From assembly GCA_030040715.1 (NCBI GenBank), contig JASHTF010000082.1, positions 31 to 64,030 of the forward strand: DNA of 64,000 nt, read 5' to 3'. This document shows, in pieces, positions 46,321 to 55,304 of this stretch (positions are counted from its first letter, which is position 1; every line of letters starts with the position of its first letter). The notes beneath the pieces are model-generated. The model searched no databases and was not told the DNA's origin. It saw only the letters and a list, made by a program, of their open reading frames with translations. Source of the DNA: Gammaproteobacteria bacterium. GTDB lineage: Bacteria; Pseudomonadota; Gammaproteobacteria; Steroidobacterales; Steroidobacteraceae. The translations under genes and the position numbers were made by a program.

Positions 46321-46970
46321 AGTGCCCGATAGACTCCGTCCGAGCCGCCGAAGCGTTTGGCCGCACACGCCTATCCTATTCGTTCTTCATGAGGGATTTC
46401 CTTCACAGCGAGATCGCGACCATGGAGGGGATGTCCAACCTGCCCGATGATCCAGAGCTTGCGATAGCTGCCGGGCGCGGGCTTTGCCAGAACCTGCTCG
46501 AGCCACTGCAGGATACATTCGGCCGGTTGCATATTCGGTCCTCCTATCGCTCGCCCGAAGTGAACGCTTTTGGATGCAAAAATCGCCTCAGTTGCGCGTC
46601 CAATGAGAACAACTTCGCGCGACACATCTGGGACCGGAGAGACCCGCGCGGAATCGGTGCGGTCGCCTGCATCGTCGTGCCCTGGTTCGTTGACCGGCGG
46701 GCCGAGGGCGTTACCTGGGAAGCACTGGCATGGTGGATCCATGACAACCTTCCTTACAGCGAGCTACAGTTCTTTCCGAAGCTGACGGCGTTCAACATCG
46801 GCTGGCATGAAGCGCCGAAGCGCACGATCTATAGTTTCATTCCGCCGAGGGGCTTCCTCACCAAGCCTGGCTTTGCGAACCACACCGGCGACCACGGCCA
46901 ACTGTACCGAGGGTTTCCTCCGGCTCGATCCGCAAACAAAGGAAGTATGCATGATCATGCTTGTCTCTAA
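46317..46970 (+). CDS. hypothetical protein with weak similarity to M15-type zinc D,D-peptidases
   Basis: The start GTG overlaps the MFS stop (GTGA). IRSSYRSPEVN resembles the SGYRSPxxN segment of M15A/DUF882 peptidases. The metal ligands are not clearly identifiable. Confidence 0.45.
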   Translation: MKCPIDSVRAAEAFGRTRLSYSFFMRDFLHSEIATMEGMSNLPDDPELAIAAGRGLCQNLLEPLQDTFGRLHIRSSYRSPEVNAFGCKNRLSCASNENNFARHIWDRRDPRGIGAVACIVVPWFVDRRAEGVTWEALAWWIHDNLPYSELQFFPKLTAFNIGWHEAPKRTIYSFIPPRGFLTKPGFANHTGDHGQLYRGFPPARSANKGSMHDHACL

Positions 46971-49197
46971 TTCAACGGCTTGGGAGTGTCCGAAGGCGCG
47001 GTGCCGAGCGGCCCGATCGGGCATGTTCGTGGTTGCCTTGCTGCTGAGCGCGCCGCTCGCCGCCACGGCGGGTGCCGTGCCGGGGCCGTCCTATCGGCCG
47101 CAGCACGGATCGGAGATTCTGTGGGATCGCTACGGCGTCGCCCACGTGTACGCGAAGTCGGTGCCGGACCTGTTCTATTGCTTCGGCTGGGCGACAGCGA
47201 AGAGCCACGCGGACCTGCTCGCAAAGCTGTACGCCGAGGGACGGGGACGCGCCGCCGAGTATTACGGTACATCGGAGCTGGCCAACGATCGCTGGATGGC
47301 CATCAACGATGTGCCGGCGCGCTCGCGTGCATGGCTGCGCGCGCAGACGCCGGACTTTCGTCATGACCTCGAGGCGTTCGCGGCCGGGATCGATGCCTAC
47401 GTCGCGGCAAATCCGCGGAGTGTGTCGGAGCAGGCGCGGCGGGTATTCCCGGTGTCCGCACTGGATGTGATCGCCTACGAGCAGCACATCTTCCAGTACA
47501 CCTATGCCGCACCATCGAGCCGCGCCGAGCATCTGCCCGGTGATCCGCCGACCGCCGGTGCGCCGGTTGCGGATACCGTTCGCGCGCTGCCGCACGAGAC
47601 GGTCGGCGTGGACGCGGTGTCGCGGGAATTCGCCGAGATCCAGGGCAGCAACGGCTGGGCCATCGCCCCGAGCCGCAGCACCAGCGGGCACGCGATGTTG
47701 CTGATGAATCCGCACCTGCCCTGGCCGGCGGGTTGGTCGACCTACTACGAAATTCAGCTCACGGCCCCCGGCATCGACCTGTACGGGGCGACCCAGGTTG
47801 GGCTGCCGGTGCTGCGCTTCGTGTTCAGCGACTACCTCGGATTCACGCACACGGTGAATGCGCCGAACGAGGTGTCCTATTACCGCATTACGCCGGCGGC
47901 GGGCGGTTATCGCTTCGATGGCCGCGTGCTGCCCTATCGCGTGCGCCGGCAGACGCTGCGTATTCGTCGGGAGGATGGGTCTCTCACGAGTGAGCAGCTG
48001 ACGATCCGCTCCACGGTGCAGGGGCCGATCATTGCCGAGCGTGACGGCCATCCGATCGCGATGCGCGTGGCGGGCCTCGATCGCCCGTTTGCGCTGCAGG
48101 AGTACTGGCAGATGGCCACGGCGCACGATTTTGCCGGCTTTCAGGCGGCAGTCGCGCGACTCCAGGTGCCGACATTCAATGTCATCTACGCTGACCGGGA
48201 CGGGCACGTCGAGTATCTCTATAACGGCCTAGTGCCGCGTCACACCTTCGGTGATCTGCGCTATTGGTCCGGCATCGTTCCCGGGGACACCTCGCGCACG
48301 CTCTGGGGCGATTACCTGAGCTACGCGCAGCTACCCAAGATCATCGATCCGCCCGGCGGGACCGTACAGAACTCCAACGATCCACCTTGGGATGCGGCCT
48401 GGCCGCAGGTCATCGATCCGGCTGAATACGCCGCGACGATTCCCGCCAGCCGGGTGAGTCTGCGTATGGCGCAGGGGATTCGTATGCTGTCGGCGACCCC
48501 GAAGATCAGCTTCGACGAGCTGATCCGCGACAAGTGGTCGCATCGCTGCGAGCTGGCCGATCGCGTGCTGCCCGATCTGCTGGCGGCCGCGACCCGCTAC
48601 GGCGACGCACTGGCCCGGCAGGCCGCGCAGGTACTGGCGCATTGGGATCGCACCACCAACGCCGACAGCCGCGGAGCGCTGCTGTTCATGGACTGGATGC
48701 AGCAGCCCGGCGGTTTGAACGGCTACAGCGGCGAGGGTTTTGCACAGCCCTATGACCTGAACCGACCATTGGCGACGCCGTCCGGACTGGCCGATCCGCA
48801 GGCGGCGGTGCGCGCCCTGGAAGCCGCCGCGCGCGAGACGATCGCCACCTATGGCTCGTTGGATCGCCCCTGGGGAGAGGTCATGCGCCTCAAGCTCGGC
48901 TCAGTCGATTTACCCGCCAGCGGCGGCCCGGGCGAGATGGGCGTGTTCGACGTGCTCAAGTTCGGCCCGCTGCAGAGCGGCGAGCGGGCCGCCGACTTCG
49001 GCAGCAGCTACGTGGCGCTGGTCAGCTTCGATAATCCCGTGCGCGCGAAGGTGCTGCTGTCATACGGCTCGAGCACGCAGCCCGGCACCACGCACCGAAG
49101 CGATCAGCTCGCGCTGGTGTCGGCGGGTCAGCTCCGAGACGTATGGCGGACGCGCGCGCAGGTGGAGGCGAATGTCGAAAGTCGCGACCGCTTCTGA
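46951..49197 (+). CDS. penicillin acylase-family Ntn hydrolase (AHL acylase / cephalosporin acylase-like), secreted
   Basis: AAGGAAG RBS before ATG 46951 and a signal peptide. The autoprocessing site QGSNGWAI carries the nucleophile Ser, and MNPHLPW follows downstream. Overlaps the previous gene by 20 nt. Confidence 0.88.
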   Translation: MIMLVSNSTAWECPKARCRAARSGMFVVALLLSAPLAATAGAVPGPSYRPQHGSEILWDRYGVAHVYAKSVPDLFYCFGWATAKSHADLLAKLYAEGRGRAAEYYGTSELANDRWMAINDVPARSRAWLRAQTPDFRHDLEAFAAGIDAYVAANPRSVSEQARRVFPVSALDVIAYEQHIFQYTYAAPSSRAEHLPGDPPTAGAPVADTVRALPHETVGVDAVSREFAEIQGSNGWAIAPSRSTSGHAMLLMNPHLPWPAGWSTYYEIQLTAPGIDLYGATQVGLPVLRFVFSDYLGFTHTVNAPNEVSYYRITPAAGGYRFDGRVLPYRVRRQTLRIRREDGSLTSEQLTIRSTVQGPIIAERDGHPIAMRVAGLDRPFALQEYWQMATAHDFAGFQAAVARLQVPTFNVIYADRDGHVEYLYNGLVPRHTFGDLRYWSGIVPGDTSRTLWGDYLSYAQLPKIIDPPGGTVQNSNDPPWDAAWPQVIDPAEYAATIPASRVSLRMAQGIRMLSATPKISFDELIRDKWSHRCELADRVLPDLLAAATRYGDALARQAAQVLAHWDRTTNADSRGALLFMDWMQQPGGLNGYSGEGFAQPYDLNRPLATPSGLADPQAAVRALEAAARETIATYGSLDRPWGEVMRLKLGSVDLPASGGPGEMGVFDVLKFGPLQSGERAADFGSSYVALVSFDNPVRAKVLLSYGSSTQPGTTHRSDQLALVSAGQLRDVWRTRAQVEANVESRDRF

Positions 49198-49264
49198 GTC
49201 GGCCGATGCCCGGCGGCCGCGGCCGGTGGTTCCGGTACCGTGAGTCCGGACCCCTCCCCAATGG

Positions 49265-50023
49265 TCACTGCCCCGCGTACCACACCGCGCCGTCGGCATC
49301 TTCCCACCAACCGCCTCGTCCCTTACCGAACCGATCAAGTTGGTCGACGAGCTCTATGCGGCCGATGTATTTGGCGTTCTTGTACCCGATCTGGGTTTCC
49401 ACACGCAGTCGCAAGGGCGCGCCGTATGCCACGGGCAGGGACCGGCCGTTCATCTCATAGGCGAGAATGGTCTGCGGATGAAAAGCATCGAACAGATCGA
49501 TGCTTTCATAGTAATGCTGACCGTCCTCTCTCTTATCCATGCAGTGGAACACGACGTAGTTGGCGCGCATCGTGGGCGCTGCGAGCTTCAGCAGATGCCC
49601 CAGTGGAACGCCCTTCCACTGCGCGACGGCATTCCAGCCCTCATCGCAGTTGTGCATCGTGATCTGAGTGCGTGCTTCGAGTCGCCTCAGTTGTGCGAGC
49701 GACAACGCCAGCGGAGTTGCCACCAGGCCGTCGATCCGCAGCACCCAATCGCTAAAGCCGCCGGCTGCCAGGCGGCCGTAGTCGTCTCCTACGGGTCGCG
49801 TGGTGCCGTTGGTCGGAAAGACCACGGAGATGTCGGCCGGAGAAAACTCCCTGACCAGTGGGCGCCGTCGCAGCAGAATGCGTTGAGTGCGGATCGTGAG
49901 GCTCTGCGAAGCCGACAGCACTCGCTCGGACAATTTGCCGCGAAGCGCATCGACACCAATCAGGCCGACCGCACCCGCCGCTGCTCCCACAAGTAAAGCA
50001 CGTCGCGTCACCGGCTTTGTCAT
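49265..50023 (-). CDS. molybdopterin-dependent oxidoreductase (sulfite oxidase fold, YedY/MsrP-like) with a Tat signal
   Basis: MTKPVTRRALLVGAAAGAVG twin-arginine leader. HNCDEGWNAVAQWKGVPL and GAPLRLRVETQIGYKNAKYI match Oxidored_molyb-type proteins. Confidence 0.85.
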   Translation of the reverse strand: MTKPVTRRALLVGAAAGAVGLIGVDALRGKLSERVLSASQSLTIRTQRILLRRRPLVREFSPADISVVFPTNGTTRPVGDDYGRLAAGGFSDWVLRIDGLVATPLALSLAQLRRLEARTQITMHNCDEGWNAVAQWKGVPLGHLLKLAAPTMRANYVVFHCMDKREDGQHYYESIDLFDAFHPQTILAYEMNGRSLPVAYGAPLRLRVETQIGYKNAKYIGRIELVDQLDRFGKGRGGWWEDADGAVWYAGQ

Positions 50024-50868
50024 TTGCCACTCTCGCGCGGTATCTCAAACTGCCCGGTTATCATCGAGCGTACCTCATTGATGAACCCGGCGACGAACAA
50101 CTGCACGATATGTACCAGGGCAAACATGCATAGCGCCAGCGCGCACAGCGCATGTACCGTCCTCGCCGACTGGCGTCCCCCGAACAGCGCATAGAGCTCG
50201 GGGAAGCGCGCGGTCACTGCATTCGACATGGTGAGCCCGCTCAGCACGATCGACGGAATCAAGCAGAACAGTACGATCAGATAGCTCAGCTTCTGAAGCA
50301 GGTTGTAATGGCGAGCCGCTTCGCCCCGCGGCGCACGCAAGCGCAGATGGTCCCAGAGATCCTGGACAATCGCGCGCGCGGTAACTTGCCTGGCGCTCGG
50401 TAGCAGTGTTCGCCGCAGCCGACCGCCCACCAGCGTGTAAACGCTGTAGCACGCCCAGGTCAGAAACAGCATCCAGGCGAGGGCAAAGTGCCAGGCACGC
50501 ATGGCACCGAACTGCCAGCTGTCGGGCGTCGCAACAATCATGAAGTAAAGCCCGTCCTCGCCGGCATCGGCCACGACACCAAGATGGCCCGTCACGTCCC
50601 AGAGATGCGATCCCAGCCGCAAGGCTGCCGGAGCCGGACGCGTTGTCGGTCGCGGCCCGCCAGTCTCCGTGCTCTCCAGCGCAATGATCGGGATGGTGTG
50701 CGCGTTACCGACTTCGCCCCAATACAGGCGCGGATGAATGTTGAAGATGTTGAACCCGGTAAACAGCAGCCCTACCACGGTGGCGGCGGTGACCCAATGC
50801 CACAGGCGTACCGCCAGAGGATGTCGGTACACCCGTTCGGTACCTGCGATCGCGGATCCGTCGGTCAT
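50020..50868 (-). CDS. membrane cytochrome b (b561 / Ni-Fe hydrogenase b-type subunit family)
   Basis: From ATG 50868 (MTDGSAIAGTERVYRHPLAVRLWHWV...). 4-5 TM helices with conserved His residues. The stop overlaps the start of the Mo enzyme (ATGA). Confidence 0.8.
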   Translation of the reverse strand: MTDGSAIAGTERVYRHPLAVRLWHWVTAATVVGLLFTGFNIFNIHPRLYWGEVGNAHTIPIIALESTETGGPRPTTRPAPAALRLGSHLWDVTGHLGVVADAGEDGLYFMIVATPDSWQFGAMRAWHFALAWMLFLTWACYSVYTLVGGRLRRTLLPSARQVTARAIVQDLWDHLRLRAPRGEAARHYNLLQKLSYLIVLFCLIPSIVLSGLTMSNAVTARFPELYALFGGRQSARTVHALCALALCMFALVHIVQLFVAGFINEVRSMITGQFEIPRESGK

Positions 50869-50911
50869 GACACTTTCGTTCGTTGGTGGCTTACCGCAAA
50901 CCGACTTGAGA

Positions 50912-52759
50912 CTAGGGCCTGTCCGAGCTCCTGCCGACGCTGGGGCGCTGATGGGAGATTGCCCATACAAAGGCCGCGACGGCCCGGACGTCCGCCTCGC
51001 TTAACGGCGCACCGCCGCGGGGCGGCATGGCACCGTCCGAGTGCCTGGGTCGCATCACGCCCCTATCAATCGTCGCGGCGATCGCCTGCCAACTGCCATC
51101 CCCCCACGACCACTCGCCGCTGGTCAGGTTCGGGCCGACCGTGCTGCCCTTGCCGTCCGATCCGTGGCAGCCGCTGCAGGTGCCCCCGACTGCTTCACCC
51201 CAGAAGATGCGCGACCCGAGCAGGATCTGTTCGCGCGTAGCGCCGGGAGGAGCAGGAAGAGAACCGATGTCGATCGTGTGCGCCTGATCGCCCGCCACCG
51301 CTGCCGCCGGAGCAGCTCGGAGCTCAACGTCCTGAGGCCCATGGTAGGTGATGCGCCAGATCTTTCCCTGCACATCCTCGGAGACGTAGAGCGATCCGTC
51401 GGGGCCAACCGCCAGACCGCTCGGGCGCGCTAAAGCTCGGCCTGGCTCCCGGTATGAGCCGGCGAACCCGTCGGCGAACACGATGTAGTTGCCAGCGGGT
51501 CGACCTTCTGAAAGGGGTTGGAATGCGACGCTATACCCACCTTGCGGTGCCGGAGCACGATTCCAGGATCCATGAAATGCAACGAAGGCGCCGCCCTGAT
51601 ACGCCCGGGGGAACTGCGCACCCTTGTAAATCACCAGATCGTTCGGTGCCCAGTGTGCGGGGAAGAAAAAAGCAGGGCGACGCTTGTCGGCGCATACGCC
51701 GATCGTGCTGCCACCGTCGCCACCATATTCCGGAGCGAGCACCAGTCTTCGCTGCAGCCCATCGAAGTAACATCGCGGCCACCCATAGTCGCCGCCGCGC
51801 GCCAATACAAACACCTCCTCGGCCGGAAGCTCGTGTCCGTTGGTTGACGTGAACAGCGTCGGGTAGTTTTCGAGCAGCTGATCGCGACCATGCTGGGTCA
51901 CGAACAGTCGTCCCGTCGAGTCGAAGTCCATGCCTTCGCCGTTGCGGATTCCTGTGGCATAGCGCTCGGCGGTAGAAAACTTCTGGCCCATTTTGCGTGC
52001 GTCATAACGCCAGATGCCGCCGCGGGTCTCCAGCTCGGTGCACGGCTCGTGTCCCTTCGTGTTCGGCATGCGGTTGTCGATATCACAGGCATTGGTGGCA
52101 CTACCGACATCCACGAACAGATCCCCTTTCGAGTCAATCACGAACGGATGCATCGGGTGATCGCCCCCGAGCGGGAGGCCGGACACGACAACCTCGGCCT
52201 TGCCGATGGGTACCAGCGCTCCGGGAGGCAGGACATATCGGACGATGCGGTCATTCACCTCCGCGTAAAGAGCACCGTCGTAAAGCGCGATTCCAGTTCC
52301 GCCCGCACTTCCTCGCGCGCTGTCATCTCCGAATCGCTGGATGACATCGGCACGTCCTGAGCCGTGGGTATCTCGCAGTGCCACCAGGAAACCTCCCTCG
52401 GGCAGCACGTCGACATGGCCGTAGCTGTAGTAGTCACCGCTCCAGGTGTTCACGTAAACGGTACCGTCCCGCGCGACCACAAGATGACGAGCATGTCCCA
52501 AATGGTCGGCAAACACGGTCGCACAGAATCCGGGCGGCAGACTCAAGCCGCCGTTGCCATCCGGACAGTGCCTCGGGGGAGTCGCCGCGAGTGCGGTATG
52601 AGCGCCCAAGCTCAAAGCGGTCAATAGCAGACAACCAATACAGAAACCGATATACGCAAAGGGATTGTCAATACGGTTTGACAAGAGACTCACTATCCAA
52701 ATAAGCCGAAGTCGCCGGCGCTCGTCCTGAACTCTAGCGCCGGTGTCGACCCATGTCAC
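50912..52759 (-). CDS. PQQ-dependent (soluble glucose/sorbosone dehydrogenase-like) beta-propeller dehydrogenase fused to a C-terminal cytochrome c domain
   Basis: Propeller segments (GLAVGPDGSLYVSEDVQGKIWRITY, GIRNGEGMDFD, HGRDQL) and a C-terminal CSGCHG haem motif. The exact start is uncertain. Confidence 0.85.
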   Translation of the reverse strand: MTWVDTGARVQDERRRLRLIWIVSLLSNRIDNPFAYIGFCIGCLLLTALSLGAHTALAATPPRHCPDGNGGLSLPPGFCATVFADHLGHARHLVVARDGTVYVNTWSGDYYSYGHVDVLPEGGFLVALRDTHGSGRADVIQRFGDDSARGSAGGTGIALYDGALYAEVNDRIVRYVLPPGALVPIGKAEVVVSGLPLGGDHPMHPFVIDSKGDLFVDVGSATNACDIDNRMPNTKGHEPCTELETRGGIWRYDARKMGQKFSTAERYATGIRNGEGMDFDSTGRLFVTQHGRDQLLENYPTLFTSTNGHELPAEEVFVLARGGDYGWPRCYFDGLQRRLVLAPEYGGDGGSTIGVCADKRRPAFFFPAHWAPNDLVIYKGAQFPRAYQGGAFVAFHGSWNRAPAPQGGYSVAFQPLSEGRPAGNYIVFADGFAGSYREPGRALARPSGLAVGPDGSLYVSEDVQGKIWRITYHGPQDVELRAAPAAAVAGDQAHTIDIGSLPAPPGATREQILLGSRIFWGEAVGGTCSGCHGSDGKGSTVGPNLTSGEWSWGDGSWQAIAATIDRGVMRPRHSDGAMPPRGGAPLSEADVRAVAAFVWAISHQRPSVGRSSDRP

Positions 52760-52780
52760 GCATGGGGAAAACTCTCTAGA

Positions 52781-53272
52781 ATGCCGAGCATGAAAGCAAC
52801 GATGCTTGGCGTCGCGCTGTGCGCCATGACGGTGGCAAACGCGGCCAACAATCCGAACGGGTCAGCCTGGTTCTGGCGTACATCCTGCGGCGGTCAGGAA
52901 CTGGCTATCGACGTGACACTCGCCAGCAAATCCGTCTACCACACACAGGTTCCTATCTGTCGCATGGTTCGAACCCAGGCCGCCATCGCCAGCGAAAATG
53001 ACGGCTTCACGTTCTCCTTTACGACCACGCAACCGATCATCTTCTCAGGCTATCGAGCGGCGAGTGATTTCCTACCTACCGGCGCCTCGCTGGTGATGAA
53101 TGTCTGGCAGGCCGCAGCGGATCCCGACAGGCTGGCGCTCGGTGTTTCCGTAGCCGACGCGAAGGAAATCTATGTGAATACTCTATACTTCGCCAAACCT
53201 GACGCGGAGAGCTCCCAAGAGATAGGCACGGGGCTGGTCATCGCCACACGTCCTGCCAGGCTCAAGCCGTGA
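52781..53272 (+). CDS. hypothetical secreted protein
   Basis: 163 aa with signal peptide MPSMKATMLGVALCAMTVANA. No recognisable domain. Confidence 0.5.
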   Translation: MPSMKATMLGVALCAMTVANAANNPNGSAWFWRTSCGGQELAIDVTLASKSVYHTQVPICRMVRTQAAIASENDGFTFSFTTTQPIIFSGYRAASDFLPTGASLVMNVWQAAADPDRLALGVSVADAKEIYVNTLYFAKPDAESSQEIGTGLVIATRPARLKP

Positions 53273-53336
53273 ACCGGTCGAATCGGGCAAAGTTGCTCAT
53301 CGCGCTCCAAATTCGCTCTGTCTTAGGAGATCAACC

Positions 53337-55277
53337 ATGAAAGCAGCCCTGGTGGCGGTAATGACCTGTGCGGCGACGGTAGGCCTGGCGGCCGCCGCCC
53401 AGAGCCCGGGGCCCACGGCAATTGCTCGGATTACTCCGATCGTGGCGCCCAGAGATATCGCCTACCCAGGTGTGATTCAACTGGCGGTCGATGCGACTGA
53501 TCTCGGGCGGCGCATTGTTCACGTTCACGAGAGCTTGAGTGGCGTCGGACCCGAAACCGTCCTCTTGTATCCAAAATGGCTTCCCGGAGACCACGCCCCC
53601 GAGGGGCCTATCGATCGGCTCGCCGGGCTTACCATCAGCGCGGGCGGCGCGCCGGTCGCATGGACACGCGATCCGGTCGACGTCTTCGCCTTCCGCGTGC
53701 ACGCGCCCGCCACCGTTACCTCGCTCGACATCGACTTCGAGTACCTGTCACCGCCCAATAGCACAGTCGGGCCTTCGGAGATGAGCCCGAACCTGCTCAT
53801 CGTCGAATGGAACAATGTCGTGCTCTATCCTGCCGGCTACTTTTCGCGGCGGATACCGGTGGAGGCGAGTCTCACGTTGCCGTCGGGTTGGCAGTTTGGC
53901 TCGGCGCTCGAGACGGAAGGCTCGAGTGGCGCAACCACCACCTTCAAACGCGTGCCGCTCAACACCCTGATTGACAGTCCGGTCTACGCTGGGCGATATG
54001 GCGAGCGCTTCGATCTGGATCCGGGTGGACCGGCCCCCGTGCATCTCGATGTGTTTGCCGATCGTCCTGAGCTGCTCGCGGCAAAGCCCGAGTACATCCA
54101 GGCCTACCGGGCGCTCGTCCAGCAGGCGTACAAGGTCTTCGGCTCGCACCATTATGCGCATTACGACTTCCTGTACTCGTTGAGTGATCAGGTCGAACAG
54201 AACGGGCTCGAGCACCATCAGTCGAGCGAAGACGGTAGCGATCCCGATTCCTTCACTGACTGGGACCACAACGCATCGGACCGGGATTTGTTATGCCACG
54301 AATACACGCATTCGTGGAATGGCAAGTTCCGCCGGCCCGCCGATCTTTGGACGCCGAATTTCAACGTGCCGATGCAAGACAGTCTCCTGTGGGTGTACGA
54401 AGGACAGACTGAGTATTGGGGCAACGTGCTGGCCGCGCGCGCGGGGCTCAGGACTCGCCAGCAGAGCCTCGATGAGCTGGCAGGAATTGCCGCGTACTAT
54501 CAGGTCGAGCCCGGCCAGCAGTGGCGGGCGCTCGAGGATACGACCAACGATGAAATCATCAATCCCCGCCGCCCCATGCCATGGCGCGACTGGCAACGGT
54601 TCGAAGACTACTATCGGGAGGGAGCGCTCATCTGGCTCGACGTCGACACGCTGATACGAGAGCGCTCAAACGGCCAGCGCTCACTCGACGATTTCGCCCG
54701 CTCCTTCTTCGGTATCAATAACGGCAGCTTCATCACGGTGACCTACACCTTCGACGATCTGGTCAAGGCGCTCAACGCGGTGGAGCCGTACGACTGGGCG
54801 GCGTTCCTGCACGAACGCGTAGACTCGATCAACAGGACTGCGGCGCTCGGGTGGTTGCAGCGGGGTGGCTATCGGCTGGTGTACAACAGTACTGAAAGCG
54901 ATTATCAGAAGAGCACCGAGGAGCATTCTCATCGACTCGACTTGCTCTTCTCGATCGGACTTCGCATCGGTGACAGGGACGGCGGCGACGCCGCCACGAT
55001 CTCCGAAGTTCTCTGGGGGAGTCCGGCCTACCAGGGGAAGCTGACGATGGGCTCGCAGATTCTCGCTGTGAACGGCATGGCGTACAGCGCCGATGTGCTG
55101 AAGGATGCGATCCGCTCTGCGGTGAACACCACCGCGCCGATCGAGTTGATTGTCAAGAACGGCGACAATTACGCGGTCGCGGACATCGATTATCACGGCG
55201 GCCTGCGTTACCCGCACTTGGAGCGTGATAGCGCGCAACCGGCGCGCCTGGACGACATCCTCGCGCCCCGACCTTAG
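53337..55277 (+). CDS. M61-family glycyl aminopeptidase with a C-terminal PDZ-like domain (paralog 1)
   Basis: AGGAGA RBS and a signal peptide. HExxH zinc site in LLCHEYTHSWNGKFRRPADLWTP, and YEGQTEYWG. Confidence 0.9.
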   Translation: MKAALVAVMTCAATVGLAAAAQSPGPTAIARITPIVAPRDIAYPGVIQLAVDATDLGRRIVHVHESLSGVGPETVLLYPKWLPGDHAPEGPIDRLAGLTISAGGAPVAWTRDPVDVFAFRVHAPATVTSLDIDFEYLSPPNSTVGPSEMSPNLLIVEWNNVVLYPAGYFSRRIPVEASLTLPSGWQFGSALETEGSSGATTTFKRVPLNTLIDSPVYAGRYGERFDLDPGGPAPVHLDVFADRPELLAAKPEYIQAYRALVQQAYKVFGSHHYAHYDFLYSLSDQVEQNGLEHHQSSEDGSDPDSFTDWDHNASDRDLLCHEYTHSWNGKFRRPADLWTPNFNVPMQDSLLWVYEGQTEYWGNVLAARAGLRTRQQSLDELAGIAAYYQVEPGQQWRALEDTTNDEIINPRRPMPWRDWQRFEDYYREGALIWLDVDTLIRERSNGQRSLDDFARSFFGINNGSFITVTYTFDDLVKALNAVEPYDWAAFLHERVDSINRTAALGWLQRGGYRLVYNSTESDYQKSTEEHSHRLDLLFSIGLRIGDRDGGDAATISEVLWGSPAYQGKLTMGSQILAVNGMAYSADVLKDAIRSAVNTTAPIELIVKNGDNYAVADIDYHGGLRYPHLERDSAQPARLDDILAPRP

Positions 55278-55304
55278 CCGTCGGAACGGATCCAGGAGCG
55301 CCGG

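Noticed and set aside
46972-48207. 411-aa minus-strand ORF
   Set aside because: It is antisense to the penicillin-acylase-family gene. The product is Arg-rich, low-complexity and has no recognisable domain.
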